This document shows, one piece after another, positions 1-14,927 of a DNA stretch of 64,000 nt; positions within the stretch are counted from its first letter, which is position 1, and each line of letters begins with the position of its first letter. The notes beneath the pieces are model-generated. The model ran no database searches. It was not told where the DNA came from and saw only the letters and a program-made list of their open reading frames with translations. The position numbers and the translations under genes were made by a program. This stretch comes from the human T2T-CHM13v2.0 reference genome, Homo sapiens: assembly GCF_009914755.1 (NCBI RefSeq), contig NC_060931.1; one strand, 5' to 3'.

Positions 1-1614
1 ACTGGAGGAACAGACAATGGAGTGCTAAGAAGGCAGGAACTACCTATGAGAAGGCACTAGAGAAGATTCTGAGGTTCCCACTTCAGTGTGCTCCAGTTCA
101 CATATCTTGGATTATGTAAAATTGTGTACGTACCTAAATACACAGTTTTAACAATATAGTTGCCTTCCTGAAGACTTTCAATTAATATGTAAAATTCGAA
201 TTTTTAACAGTGAGAATCCAGAAGTTTCACTGTTGCCAGGAATAAATAGTTCAAAATATTGTGCTACAAAAACTTTATTTTCAATGCTAATCACATCACA
301 GCAAGCTTCTACTTTGGGAACATATTAAAGTGAATTGTCTCTCTCTGAAGAATTGAATTAAAAGGCAATGGAATTTGGCCAGGGCATTGAGAACTATTAG
401 AAAGTTAGGCCTTCAAATAGTGCTCTGCTTTCTTTAGAATCTCTAAGTAGTAATTTCTCTCAGCTGAATTTCCTTATGTTGTTATTGTGACCTTTTATAT
501 CTTTTTCCTACTGTTGTACATTGATGAATGCCAAGACTGTACTTGCAAATAGAAGCCCACCTGCCTATAGGGAAGGAACAAGACACAAATCAGTGGAGAT
601 CTGAAAAGGTGCTCAAGCTTCTAGTAATTTTGACCAGGAATCTAACCACACTTAATGGCCTGTGAGCAGGATCATACTTCATATACCTCAGTCATTTGTC
701 TTCATTGCAGCAACATGAACAGGAGGCTGATCTTGGGTGGAAAGTTGGAACAAGTTTTCCCCCTCTGAACATTAGGTGAATATAGGACACTTTTGAACTC
801 TAAATGTATCCAAATAATTTCATTTATAGATTTATTTCACTTACAAGTTTTTGTATATGTACATAGGTTTTGTGATATACAATTGTGTTGAATTAAAGGA
901 AAATCAATTGAAAAAAAGCAAGCTATGTATTAAATGATATGTTCACACATTTCTTTAAATAGATACCTACCTCTTTATAAATGCTGAATGGAACACATAG
1001 AAATTATGAGAACATAATTTTGTAATCACAGGGTAAAATATGTAGGAAATAGTTTAGAAATATGACAATCAAATTTACAACTGCAAAAACTTAGAAGCCT
1101 GACCTAACTGAATTAAACAAGCCTTTATTTTGTTTGTCAGTGGAAAACAGTTCAGAATTTAAGCCAGTAATAAAATATCTGAGAGGAGGGTGCAATTAAG
1201 AAAGGGAAATATAAAAAGGCAATATTTACAAAAAGTACTTAAACTCAGCTGTTAAAACAGGGAATGTAACTTAAATTTTTAAGTAATGTTTTCATGTTAA
1301 GTAGTGTCTTGGACTTAAAGGTGTTTAAATTTTCAAAGTGTGGCTAATTTAAAATAATATGTTCTGACTAATATGTGAATTCCATTATGGTTACGTAATT
1401 CATTATTGCCTGTCAGTTTCAGTAAATCAGTCAGATATAAGGAAAGAGTGCACCTCACTCTTACCAGGAAATGATGACTTACACATGATGCCCTCCTTCG
1501 CATTCAATAAATACTACAACAATCCAGAGATAATGGCAATGTAGACAAATAATTTTGTTCCAAGCAGCTAGAAGAGCTATGCCTAGGTGATGTTGTAGAG
1601 TTGCTTGCTTCGCG

Positions 1615-1639
1615 TTTTTTTTTTTTTTTTTTTTTTTTT
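1615..1639 (+). repeat. Poly(T)25 tract
   Basis: Uninterrupted T run seen directly. Confidence 0.95.
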
Positions 1640-2829
1640 GCCAAATTTTATGTCTGAGAGTGATTTGCCTAAGTGTCAATCTTATATTTGTTTTTGACTG
1701 CAAACATCAATTTGGCTGCTCATCTACATCCAACTTAATTAAAATGCACAATTGGAAAACATTTATTGTAACCGCATCACATTTCACAGAGGGATGCTTT
1801 GTTGAGCTAGTTTTTCATCATGACCTAAATATCATTAGCCGTCTGACCAGTCTCAGCTTCATATTACAACTGAACCACCCCTTTCATCATTTAGAAATGC
1901 ATGTTTATCTTAGGAGATCAGTGGTTTTCGACCTTAGGGCTCATCAGTATCACTGTAGAGCTTTCTAAATATGTGGGTTATGCTTGGCTCTGGACCTAGA
2001 TGTAACAAATAAGACTCCTCCTTACCTCACTTTTATTTCCCTTATCTATAGCAATGTGAAAGCTCTCCAGTAAACAGGCATTACCTGGATTCATGGACAA
2101 TTAGCTCTTACTGCACTCCTATATAACTTCCCCTTTGGGAAGGTTCTAGTGGGTTCCTGTTAACTAGGCTCAGTCTTGTGTTGAAATCTACGTGCACTTT
2201 ATTGGATCCAGAGAAAAGCTACCACTTCTGTAAATATTGACGATAAAACTGATGTGATGCAGGAGGAAAGAAAGGAAAAAGGAAAATGATTTTAATTTTT
2301 TTTCTTTTTCTTTTCTTATCTATTAATACTACATGTATCCAATTCTCTTCCTGCCGCAACAGATCAGAAGACTCTGAGAAGCTAACGAGTTATACTACCT
2401 TTGTATTGATTCAACCTAGATAGCCACCAAATCTCCTTTTATTTCCAACTTGATTCTTTAACTATGTCCTGGTTACTTTTGGTGATGCTGGAGTAAAGAG
2501 GTTATGGATTAAAATATTTAAAAGTCTAAGTATTATCATTGTTAGTTCCCTTCATGAAGAAACAAAATGAGATAAAAATCATTTCATTGTACATTTAAAT
2601 TAAAAGTTCCCAAAGTCTTGCTTGTATTTTTACCAATAAATATTTCTTGATATTATTCATCTCAGAAAACCAGCTTCTCAAAATAGAAGACCTTTCAGGC
2701 ATCACACAAAGTAAAATGTAGCCTTTCACATACTTCCCACTTCTGCTAGTTCATAGGTGGAAAAATCTGAACAGAGGGTTTAGTTTTTCCCCAGGAAGAC
2801 TTAGCATGTAAGAGAATGTAGTAGAGAAT

Positions 2830-3243
2830 AACTAAGCAGTCATCAAAGTCAGTTTCTCTTCTCCATAGCACACAACTTGACTATATTTCTCAGTGTCTCC
2901 TGACATTAGGTATTTGGCCATGAGACTGAGTTCTAACCAGTGGAATATGATCAGGAATGATGTGACCAGCTTCCAGCGCTGGCCCATAGAAAACCTGACA
3001 GCTTCTTTTTTCCTTCCTTCAGTTGGGTGTCGATGTCCAGAGAGTTCCTAGAAGCCGTAATTGAAGACACAATCCAGTCATCCTGGGACCCTAAATGACC
3101 TCCCTGCCCCACCCCTGCACATAAACCTGACTTGAATCACCTGGACTATTTTTCTGAGAGAGTAATAAACTTTAATTGGGTTTGACCTATTCCAAGTTTT
3201 TTGGGCTATCTGTTACAGTGCTTAGCTTATCTCACCTAATACA
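2830..3243 (+). mobile_element. Old MaLR solo LTR (MLT1H/G-like)
   Basis: Contains ggccatgagactgagttctaaccagtggaatatga and a terminal aataaacttt...gttacag...ctaataca typical of MLT1 LTRs. Boundaries approximate. Confidence 0.6.
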
Positions 3244-3310
3244 GGGACTATGCAACCAAGAAACTGGAAATAAAAACAAAGATAATTAAACCATTTTATA
3301 ATAAGCCTAT

Positions 3311-3733
3311 TGATATAGTTTGGATGTTTGTTTCCTCCAAGTCTCATGTTGAAATGTGATCCCCAATGTTGGAAGTGGGACCTATTGGAAGTTGTTTGGG
3401 TCATGGGGATGGATCCTTCATGAATAGCTTGGTGCCTTCCCCACAGTAATTACTCACAGTAATTAATGAGTTCTTGCTTGTTAGTTCACATGAAAGCTGG
3501 TCATTTAAAAGAGCCTGGCATGTCTCCTGCTCCCTCTCTTGCCCTGTGACGTGCCTCCTCCCTCTTCACCTTCCTCCATGAGTAAAGGCTTCCTGAGACC
3601 TCACCAGGACTCGAGCAGATGCTGGTGCCATGCTTGTATAGCCTGCAGAACTGTGAGCCAAATAAATCTTTTATCTTCATAAATTACCCAGGCTCAGGCA
3701 TTCTTTTATAGTGATGCAAGACAGACTAATGTA
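3311..3733 (+). mobile_element. MaLR solo LTR (MSTB-like)
   Basis: Starts tgatatagtttggatgtttgt...ctcatgttgaaatgtgatcccc. Ends gcagaactgtgagccaaataaa...acagactaat. Confidence 0.85.
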
Positions 3734-5288
3734 ACAATTTTAAAACAAGCTTCAAGCTTTTGTAGAGCCTAGGAATAGTACCTCCTTTTAAGTCCTACAG
3801 TTCATGATGCTATGAAAAGGAATGGGAAAAATACCAATTCCTGTATACTCTGTGGTAGCTCACACTGCATGCAGAGTCATGGGAGTAGAATAGATGCAAA
3901 ACTCTTCTAAACATGTCTTTGTGTTTAAAACCACATCACATTTTTTCTCTTTGCTTATCCAAAAGAGAAAAAATAACCATGCATGCTAATGTAAGGCAGT
4001 AATTTTCACAGGGGAGAGAAAGAATTATTTATAAATTGTATGCCTAGTCATAAATATTTGTTATGATAATCTAGGCTTTTTAAAACAGAAGTTCTTCCTC
4101 AAAACAAATAATCTGCAAATTTCCTTTTTAAAAATCTACCAAACTGAATGGCCTAAAATATATAGAGGTTGAATAGGAATCATATAACTGAAACAAATCA
4201 CTCTTTAATTCCTGACAGTATTTTCAAATTGTGTGATATGCACATTAAAAAGCTGACATTTTGAAGTTAGACATCTTTTAGTTAGAAATATCAATCTCTT
4301 ACAAAAATTGCTTTTCCAACAGAACAATCAATCTTAAAATTACAACTGAATTTTCATTATAGTTATACTTTATTATTTCCATCTTTCATGAATGGAAAGG
4401 CACTAGAATAACATAATCCTCTAGAAATCCCAGAGCTATGTCTGCTAGATTCAACTTTGTTATTGAGATATTTGCGATTTAGAAGAGCTTGTTGTGCAAA
4501 TGACAGTGGTGATGCTTCCTTCTCCCATTCAGGTAGCTCTTGCTAGTCACTAATCAGCAATGGGGCCACCTGGGACCCATTCTGAGAGCATTGGTTTGCT
4601 CAGGATGGTGATCTCTCTTCCAGTCCTCCATACAGAACTTTCCAGCCATGCTTCAAGTCCTGCTGGAGATCAGGAGGAGATTTGGTAGGGCAGGAGAGAA
4701 ATAGCTGTGACTTAGACATTTCCTATTTTTGCTGCCATTTTCTCTAGAGGAGCTAACAAATTTTAAGTGCCTAACAAGGTGGCATGCATTCATTTTGTGC
4801 TTACATTTTGTGCATACATACATTTTGTGCCAAGAATATGAAAAGTATTTAAAATCACATTTAAGTCCTCCTACATGGACCTCTGTTTCTCCCCACTGTA
4901 CACATAATGAAATGAACCCTTGGAGAGGTCACATAATTTGTCTAAAATCATCTAGTTAATAAATAATAGTACCTAAGAATTCTGAAACAGGACTATTGTG
5001 CCTCTGACATGCTTTGGTGGGCTGCCTTTTCACATATAAACACACAGAAAATACTGGAAATCTAGGAATTTTGTTGTTGTTTTTCTCAGTAATATATAAC
5101 TACTTTGATTTTTCTCAACCTTTGTATTGTTCTGCATAGCCCACAATACAGATATCTAGGGAGCTCGCTGGCTGCCTGGGGATACCCTAGGAGGGACTGC
5201 ACCTTGATATTGAAATGAAAAGAAACTACAAGAAAAACCCACACTGGCAATTTAGTTTAAAAGCTAGATCTCAAAGGTCCTTTACTAT

Positions 5289-5659
5289 CGTTATGGACTG
5301 AATTGTATCCCCTCCACCAAATTCATACATTGACATTCTAACCCCCAGTACCTCATAATGTGCCTGTATTTAGGAATAGGGCCTTTGAAGAGCTGATTAA
5401 GGTAAAATGTCCTATGTGTGGGGCCTACTTAATCCAATATGACTGGAATCTTTAAAGAAGAGATTAGGACATAGCCACAGAGGAAAGACACAAATAAAAG
5501 ATAGCCACCTACAAGCCAGAGAGGGCCTTGGAAGGAACCAACCCTACTAGCTACTTGATGTTGGACTTCTAGCCTCCAGAAATATGAGAAAATTAATTTC
5601 TGTTGTTGAAGTCACACAGTCTCTGGTACTTCCTTATGGCAGCCCTAGGAAAACAATAC
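5289..5659 (+). mobile_element. MaLR solo LTR (MLT1A/B-like)
   Basis: gttatggactgaattgtatcccc...ttggacttctagcctccagaa...ttatggcagccctagga matches MLT1 LTR hallmarks. Confidence 0.8.
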
Positions 5660-6644
5660 TAATGGAGTTGCATAACTGCTGATATCTAAAATTAAGAGCA
5701 TTCCTAATTATACAGTGTTCTTCTTTAAAAATCAGAAATGTAGACAAGAAAATCAAACATAAATAGTGAAAGGTTGAATGTAGTAAGAAGAAATTCAAGT
5801 TATTTCACAAGCTATTTTATTACACTGGAATGTTATTGTTCCAAATGCAACCTGGCTGAGAGGATCTATGACTGAGTCCTTGAAATCTTGTTATTCAGGG
5901 TAGCCTAATGATGCTTAGCATAACACTACTTGAGCTGAAGGCAAATTGGAGAAGCTTTCTAGATTTCTTCATGCAGCTACTTGGATACGCTCACCATGGA
6001 AAGAGTTTAAACCTTTGCAGATTCTCGCTAAATTTTCTGCAGATGGACAAATACAGAAGTACCTAAGCAATGATGGCAATGCCTGCCATTAAAATCAGAA
6101 AAAAACATGTGCATGACTAATAGAAAGAGAAATCTCCAAAGAAAGAAAAAGACCGAAGAATGAATTAAATCTTATCCAAAGACATTAGAAGGGATTGTCT
6201 ATGACAAAAGTCCTTTTGACTTTCAAGTCACTATTTATTTTAAAAGTGCATGCATGGTACTATAGGGGAAAACTAGAATTAGAAATTGACCCTGACCTCA
6301 AATATTTCTTGATAGGCTATGAGAAAAAAGATGCAGACACAAAAAGCCATAATTTTATGAGGCTTCTGTAAAATCTGTAATGGCAGTCAAAATGTAATAA
6401 AATCAAAGAGAACAGGAAAATTAATTGTGGCTAGGGGCACTGGATGAGACCTGTTGGTAGAGGCAGCATTCGTGTAGGGTCCGGAGGGTGACAAGTGGGG
6501 TTGCAGAGGAAGAACTTTCAAGGCAGACAGACTAACATAAGGAAAAGCAGATGTTGAATGCAAATCATGTTTAGCAGAAAAGTAGAAGTCTAACATGCTT
6601 ACATAAAGGGAGGCATTAAGAGGATGGGGCCATTCACCTTGCAT

Positions 6645-6830
6645 TTGGAGTTAAAGTACGTGGGTTTGAATCCTGGGTTCTCCATTTAGTAGATTTATGT
6701 CCTCCATCTTCCTGACCCTCAAATTCCTCATCTGTGAAAAGGAGATACTGAATCAAACCTCACAATTCTAAAGATTAAAAGTGAGGACTATGTGTGAAAT
6801 CTCCACCTAACAAAGACTGGTATGCAATAA
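6645..6830 (+). mobile_element. MIR SINE (within L2 debris spanning ~6250-7520)
   Basis: tttggagttaaa...gggtttgaatcctgg...ttcctcatctgtgaaaagg is the MIR core pattern. A second MIR-like core lies near 7150-7290. Confidence 0.6.
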
Positions 6831-7617
6831 AAACAGTATATGTGAGAGGAACCTGTAGGATTATGTAAGAAACAAGGAACCAGTAAAGTTTTTGAGCACA
6901 CAAATGAGATAGCCAGAACTAGACATTTGGAAATTTATTGCAGCAATATTGTGTGTAGAATGAATTAAAAGACAGCCATTGTACAGGAAGGGAGACCCAG
7001 TAGGAGAGCATTACACTAGTGCAGGTTTGAGGCAGTGAAAGCCTGAACAGTGCTGCTGGGAATGAGCAGGAGGGGATGTGGGTAAGAGGCTTCATTGGAG
7101 AGGAAATGGCACTGGGATAGGCACCCTAGGACATGCACCGCTGTTCAGAAAATTAGATTCTGGTTCTGTGGTTCTTTCGTCAAGTAGACACGACCTCTAT
7201 TGAGCTACCTCTGTGAATTCTCTGTTTGCACATCTGTAAAATAAAGAGATTGGAAAATCCCTAAGTATTCCTAGAGCACTAAAATGCTTCATGTCTATTT
7301 GAATCAATAGAACTTGTTAAGATGCTTAAACGAGAAATAAAGAGCATAAGGGAGATAGAAAAATTGAAGATAACCTGAAACAAGTGGTAAATATGAGTAA
7401 GTGGGTCAGTAGGTGATGGCATTACTAAGAATATGGAAGAGATGAAAAGGAACAGGTTTGGGAGAGAATATAATGAATGTTATTTCTAACAATTTGAAGG
7501 GCTGTCCTTCAAACAGTTAGGTAGTAGTGTGAATATTCAAAATTTCATTATTTTAAACTATCTCCTGTACCATGTAAACATAAGCTTTTAAACAAATGCT
7601 TTCTCTTTAACTTATAG

Positions 7618-7881
<264 letters not shown>

Positions 7882-7948
7882 TGATGTTCTGCTAGCAGTC
7901 GTCACTGCTCAACTACTCACTGTACATCAAATGTGCTCAAAAGGTTAG

Positions 7949-8200
<252 letters not shown>

Positions 8201-8474
8201 TAAATGTCTGCAACAATAATTGTCATTAGTATTCTAAGTCAAAAAAGTTACTATGGATGTGACTGAGTTTTATCCAGATTTTATTTAAAGAACAACTTAT
8301 AATTTATCATTAAGTACTTAAAGTCTAGTTTAAAATAATAAAGTAAAATAGTCTTGTATCCAGTCACAACATGGTTGTTCATTATCCAGATTTACATTTA
8401 GTACAGATCAAAATGTGTCTACTGACACCTAAAACTCTATCTTAAAAAAACCGTATTATACATCAAATATATAA

Positions 8475-8714
<240 letters not shown>

Positions 8715-9739
8715 TAGGTGAATTTCATGATTCCTATAAGGATCCCTGCTGGAAAAAGACCCGTAAGGCACTATATAATATTGAGCAACCTTCATGAAAG
8801 TAAAAAAAAGAGATTGTGCTTTAAGTTCCCTTACCCCACCAATTTTACATACACCTTTAAAGGCTATATTAAAAGGATTTCCTTTTGTCAGGTTCATGCT
8901 GAATCCACACAAAAAAATTATCACTATCATGAGTCCTTTGGGAAAGAGTGGTCTTTTTGAAGATGATTTCCAAATGATTGCTTTATTTTAAAAATAGTCT
9001 TTGAAGTAGTATCATTGGTTTTTCCTGTAATTGGATATTCATCAATGAAAACAGTAGGGGTCTCTGGCCAGTTCTTATAGAAGATAGTAAATTAGCCTCA
9101 GCACTAAATAGAAGTCTCAGAAAAGAAAAGAAAGATAGGATCTGTAGGGACGAGAACCAGCTGCTCTTGCTCAAGTGAAGGGACTTCTGGAGCAGCCAGC
9201 ATTATTGGGCAATTGCAGAGTAATGACCCTGGTGAGCACTGGGAATTGGGGAGAAAGGAAGCTGTCCATTTAATATGTAAGGAGGTTGAGATTTATATTT
9301 TTATGTCTCTGTTGAGTGCTACTACCTTTCCCCAGCACAGAACACAAGACCCCAATTCTTTTCTCAAAAATGTATCTGCCTGGACAGCAGATCTTCTGTG
9401 ATGCAAAAACAGGAGAAATGGTAGGAAGTGGCCAAGTTACATCCTCTAAATTCAGCATCTTGGAGTTAGCAGGGGTTAAGTTAATTCAAAATGAGTTGAG
9501 GCATTTAATATCTGGGAGAGCCAAAGGGTTTAAGGCTACTGGGGATCAGGAGAGGGGACCTTTGATAATGTCTTCCATGGATTGAATCCCTTTAATGTTA
9601 TTTGAAGTCTACAGGTCGAGATCCACAATTCATTCTTGAGGACTCCAGTAGCTCCACTGTGCCCCTTTGGTTGCAGCTCCTCACAGTAATTGGCATACTT
9701 GTGGCCTTTACTTATACTTAGGTTACAGTTCAGAATCAA

Positions 9740-10480
9740 TTCATTTCAGCAAACATTTCTTCAGCACTTACTATGTGCCAGATATTGTGTTAAACATTAT
9801 GACTGCCACCTGAACTTTGATGGTGCTCATCAATCTTTTCAAACTGAGTGAAGACAGAAGGAGAAAAGAAGAGGAAGGGCAAAGAATAGAAAAAAGGAAA
9901 AGGGGGATAATTGCAAGTGAAAGCAGAAAACAAATTCAAACTTCTCATCATGTGCTCATATAGCCATTCAGTGCTGGCTTCCGTCTTTCTCCGTAGACTT
10001 ATCCCTTGCTACCAGTGCATGTGCACACAAGTGTGTGCACACACACACACACATTCACACTCACAACACCACTGAGCTCAGTCAGGCTGAGCATATTTCA
10101 GTTTCTCAAGCACACCATGCTCTCAGTCACCTCCAGACCTTTGAAATAAATCCCTGCTGCTTCTACTTGGAGTTAACTCCTCCACCACTCCCTCCTCTGG
10201 GTAACTTCCAGTTACTCTTCAAATGTTAGCTTACATGCTAGTTCCTCAGAGAAAACCTCTTGACACACTAGACTGGGTTGGCTGCTCCTACCATGAGCTC
10301 CTGTAACAGTGTCTTATGTCCTTACTCATGTCAGTCATATACTCCTTGGCTGTCTGTCTCCTCTGCTGGATGGTAATTGTGAGAGCACCAAGGGAATTGT
10401 GGGTTAAGGGAGTTTATATGGCTTACACTGACAGCCCAAATGCCAAATACAATTCTCAGCACATAGAAGACCCTCAAAAA
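9740..10480. mobile_element. L2 fragments
   Basis: cattt...cagcacttactatgtgccagatattgtg (L2 3' end) plus pyrimidine-rich L2-like stretches. Heavily decayed. Confidence 0.5.
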
Positions 10481-10489
10481 ATACCTGGT

Positions 10490-12360
10490 ATACAAGTAAG
10501 TGTAGCAAGCGTAGTATCTAATAGGTAATTCTCCAACCCTTTGTCCTCTCCCTTCCTCCCGCTTCTTGTAGACCCCAGTGTCCATTGTTTCTATCTTTAT
10601 GCATATTCAATATTCAGCTCCCACTCATAAGTGAGGAGATGCAGTATTTGATTTTCTGTTCCTGCATTATTTAGCTAACGGAAGGCTCCAGGTGCATCCA
10701 TGTTTCTGCAAAAAACATGATTTTGTTCTTTAGGCTGCATAGTATTCTGTGGTAAATATGTACCATGTTTTCTTTATCTCATCCACTTTTGATGAGTACC
10801 TAGGTTGGTTCTATGTCTTTTCTATTGTGAATAGTGCTGTGATGAACATAGAAATGCATGTCTTTTTGGTAGGATGATTTATTTTCTTTTGGATACATAT
10901 TGAGTAATGGGATTGCTGGGTCAAATGGTAGTTCCATTTTTAGTTCTTTGAGAAGCCTTCAAACTGCTTTCCACAGTGGTTGAATTAATTTATGTTTCCA
11001 CCAACAGTTTATAAGCATTCCTGTTTTGCATGGCCTCACAAACATCTGTTAATTTTTTACTTTTCAATAATAGCCATTCTGACTGGTGTGAGATGGTATC
11101 TCATTGTGGTTTTGATATGCATTTCTCTGATGATTAGTGGCATTGAACATTTTTTCATGTCTGTTGGGTGCTTGTATGTTGTATTAGTCTGCTTTGCATT
11201 GCTATAAAGAAATACCAGAGACTAGGTAAATTATAAAGAAAAGGGGTATTTTGGCTCACTGTTCTGCAGACTATACAAGAAGCATGGTACCAGCATCTGC
11301 TCTGGTGAGGCTTCAGGAAGCTTACAATCATGACAGAAGGCTAAGGGAGAGCAAGTGTGTCACATGACGAGAGTGACATAATGAGAAAGGGAGAAGGAGA
11401 GAGAGGCGGGAGGTGCCAGACTCTTTTAAACAACCAGATCTTGTGTGAACTCATTACTGTGGGGAGGGCACAGAGCCGTTCATGAAAGGTCCACCCCTAT
11501 GACCCAAACACCTCCCACTAAGCCTCACCTCCAACACTGGGGTTCACATTTCAACATGAGATTTGGAGGGGACAAATATTCAAATCATATATCTTCTTTT
11601 GAGAAGTGTCTACCACTTTTTAATGGGTTTGTTTTCTACTTGCTGATTTAAATTACTTATGGATTCTAGATATTTGAACTTTGTCAGATCCATAGTTTGC
11701 AAACATTTTCTCCCATTCTGTAGATTGTCTGTTTGCTTTGTTGATAGTTTCTTTTGCTGTGCATAGCTCTTTAGTTTAATTAGGTTCCACTTATCAATTT
11801 TTGGTTTTGGTACAATTGTTTTTGAGGTCTTGGTCATAAATTCTTTGCCAAGGCCAGTGTCCAAAATGGTATTTCCTAGTTTTCTCCTAGGATTTTTATA
11901 GTTTAAGGTCTTACATTTAAGTCTTTAATCCATCTTGAGTTAATTTTTATATATGGTAAGAGGTAAGAATCCAGTTTCATTATTTTGAATATAGAGAGCC
12001 AGTTATCCCAGCATTATTTATTGAGGGTCCTTTTCCCATTGCTTATTTTTGTTGAGTTTGTTGAAATAAGTTGGTTATAGGTGCGGCTTTTTTCTGGGTT
12101 CTCTGTTCTCCTTCATTGGTCTATGTGTCTGTTTTTGTACCAAAACCATGCTGTTTTGGTTACTGTAGCCTTATAGTATAGCCTGAAGTCACATAATGTG
12201 ATGTGTTGGCTTTATTCTTTTTGTTTAAGATGTTTTGGTTATTAGGGCTCTTTTTTGGTTCCATATGAATTTTAGAATAGTTTTTTCTAATTCTGTAAAA
12301 AATAACATTTGTAATTTGATAGGAATAGCATTAAATCTGTAGATTGCTTTCGGCAGTAAT
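10490..12360 (-). mobile_element. 5'-truncated L1 (L1PB/L1MA-like) 3' end, interrupted by an MST LTR
   Basis: Antisense L1 3' UTR and ORF2 C-terminal sequence. ORF 11610..11864(-) reads DTGLGKEFMTKTSK...[12 protein letters not shown], an ORF2 homologue. Confidence 0.88.
11180..11587 (-). mobile_element. MaLR solo LTR (MSTB-like) inserted in L1
   Basis: tgtattagtctgctttgcattgctataaagaaatacc...atttggagggga. Flanks TATGT (11175-11179) and TATAT (11588-11592) form a decayed 5-bp TSD, and the L1 sequence resumes in register. Confidence 0.85.
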
Positions 12361-12626
12361 GTTAATTTTTAAATTGAGAATTTTAGATATTTTATGAGTC
12401 TTTGTGGGCAATAAATTTAACCACTTTTTACTGAAGAAGTTCAAAACTGTGTGTCACTGTAGATATTGCTGTTTTATACATAAATGATTACATGTATGTT
12501 TCGAGTAAAAAAAATTAGAACACATCTTTATTTAAGAAATGCATGTGAAGTTCCTTATCTTACACTATGACTAATCCCAGTAAAAAAGACATTTACATAA
12601 TTTCCACCTAACTTATTGAATCATAA

Positions 12627-12839
<213 letters not shown>

Positions 12840-14631
12840 TGAGTTTTATAGCTTTTGATCTTTTAAAATTGTTTGTTGTATCTTTAATTGTATTGTCAGT
12901 CTTATTTTGCATGAAACAAAAAACAATGTCAGGTGGAGATTAAATGATATATGTTCATCATCATTCAGCCAAGGCATGTAGTAACCACAACTTTAGCTCT
13001 ACCAAATGAGATGTTAAAAAATTTATGTTTGTTTAGACACTTCAAAACTAGAACAATTGGTCAATGGAGGCAGGAATATGGGAACCTGGAGAGCACTTAT
13101 TTTCTCTAATAGACTTCAAGCCTTCCCATCAGAAATTGCATCCAAAAAAAAGGTGGCAAAGGTTTTCAGTAGCAGCAGCTTGCAAAGCACGACTACTTAA
13201 TGTGCTAAACTAATGAATGACCTTCTTTCATTGCCTTGTCCAATGCATAACAGGAAGACCTGTGTTTTGGTTAGGGTCCCCCCACCCAGAGTGAAAATGA
13301 TTTTATTTTAACCTATAAATAGGCTAAGCTGATAAGGTGATAGCCTAAAACTATTTTATTCTTTTTTCTCCTGTCCTTTTGAACCTTCTGTGGATTACTT
13401 CCTCCCTAACCCTTGAATAAAAATCTTGGTCAGGACCCATAAGTTTAACACCACTTTCAGATAACAAAAGGTCTCCAATCACCTTCAGGTGTAGGAGTAT
13501 CACATCAATACTAAAATTGTCCCATTCTGAGTCATAACTACATAAGTCATTTCCATCCCCCAGCTTAGGTTTCCTTCAGTCTCAAAAGCCCAAATCAAGG
13601 GAGAGAAGGCAGGACACTTATTTGCCATTTCCCCATCTTCCTTCTCTACTTTTATTCTTCTACATTTTTCTGCGTTGGTCAGAGTAGAGACGGGATGCTA
13701 AGGACAAGAAGAGTCTTATTTGACTAGTACAAGCATAACCCAGTGATGTGCTCTCTGAGTCTAGCATGCTACTTCTTTTTTTTTTGAGTGATTTTACGAA
13801 TTGCCTTGGAGAGCCCCCTCCCCACCAGTGGAACTTTATGGCTCCAACTTCCTTGATGGCGGTAATACCTCTCCTCCAAGTAGATTCCTTTTTTGGCTCC
13901 TTGGTATCCAACTGTCTATCACTCTGTTGAGGATCACGTTGCTCCTCCAGGCATCCTTTTGAAAAATATTCAAAATAGCACTAGGCTTGCTCTACTTTGA
14001 ACTACAGAAATATATATATTTGATCTACAGAAATATTAATGCATTGTTGCTCTGTCATTGCTGGAAATACAGTTAGTTCCCAGTGAAGCTTTCTCTCTCA
14101 CTCTCTCTGCCACCCTAAAGCTGATCTGTAGCCACAGTATATCATACCAGTTCTAATGCTTCCCAAACCCCAAGAGACATGTGCTTGGCTCTGCTGAAGG
14201 CTCCTCTCACTTGGCTTAAGGCAAAAATAAAACAACACCCCAATGGGAAGAGGGCCCCAAAACATTGGAAAGCTCACACAGAAATTCCATCCCGTCCTTC
14301 CTCTTTGTCTCACAACTCTTTTGGTGAGACAAGAATATGGAAAACTGGATTTTGTCCATACTTTTGAAAGTCTTGTATAGGTTGTCCAGAAATTTCTTGG
14401 AATATGATTTTTTTTTGGCTTCTGTTATTTGCTCTAGGAGATTCAGCTGAAACTGAGATGAATAGTGCCTCATTTTATCTTTCTATTAGATATTGATTCA
14501 CTCTTTCTGGCTTGCCTTCTTTTGTAAACCAGGATGCATTTATTAGTGGGTTGACTCGTGAGGTGACAACTAAAGTTTCCTTCTGATTCTGTTTTTCAGC
14601 CCTTAGCTGACTGTCAGAATCCATCTTGGTG

Positions 14632-14927
14632 GGCCGAGTGTGGTAGCTCACACCTGTAATCTCAGCACTTTGGGAGGCTGAGGCGGGTGGATCACTTGAG
14701 GTCAGAAGTTTGAGACCAGCCTGCCAGCATGGTGAAACCCCGTCTCTACTAAAAATACAAAAATTAGCCAGGTGTGGTGGTGTGTGCCTGTAATCCCAGC
14801 TACTGGGGAGGTAGAGGCAGGAGAATCACTTGAACCTGGGAAGTAGAGGTTGCAATGAGCTGAGATCACCACCACTGCACTCCAGCCTGGGTGACACAGC
14901 AAGACTCCATCTCAAAGAAAAAAAAAA
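14632..14927 (+). mobile_element. AluS (Sz/Sx-like), full length
   Basis: GGCCG...dimeric Alu with A tail. TSD AATCCATCTTGGT at 14618-14630 and 14928-14940. Confidence 0.95.
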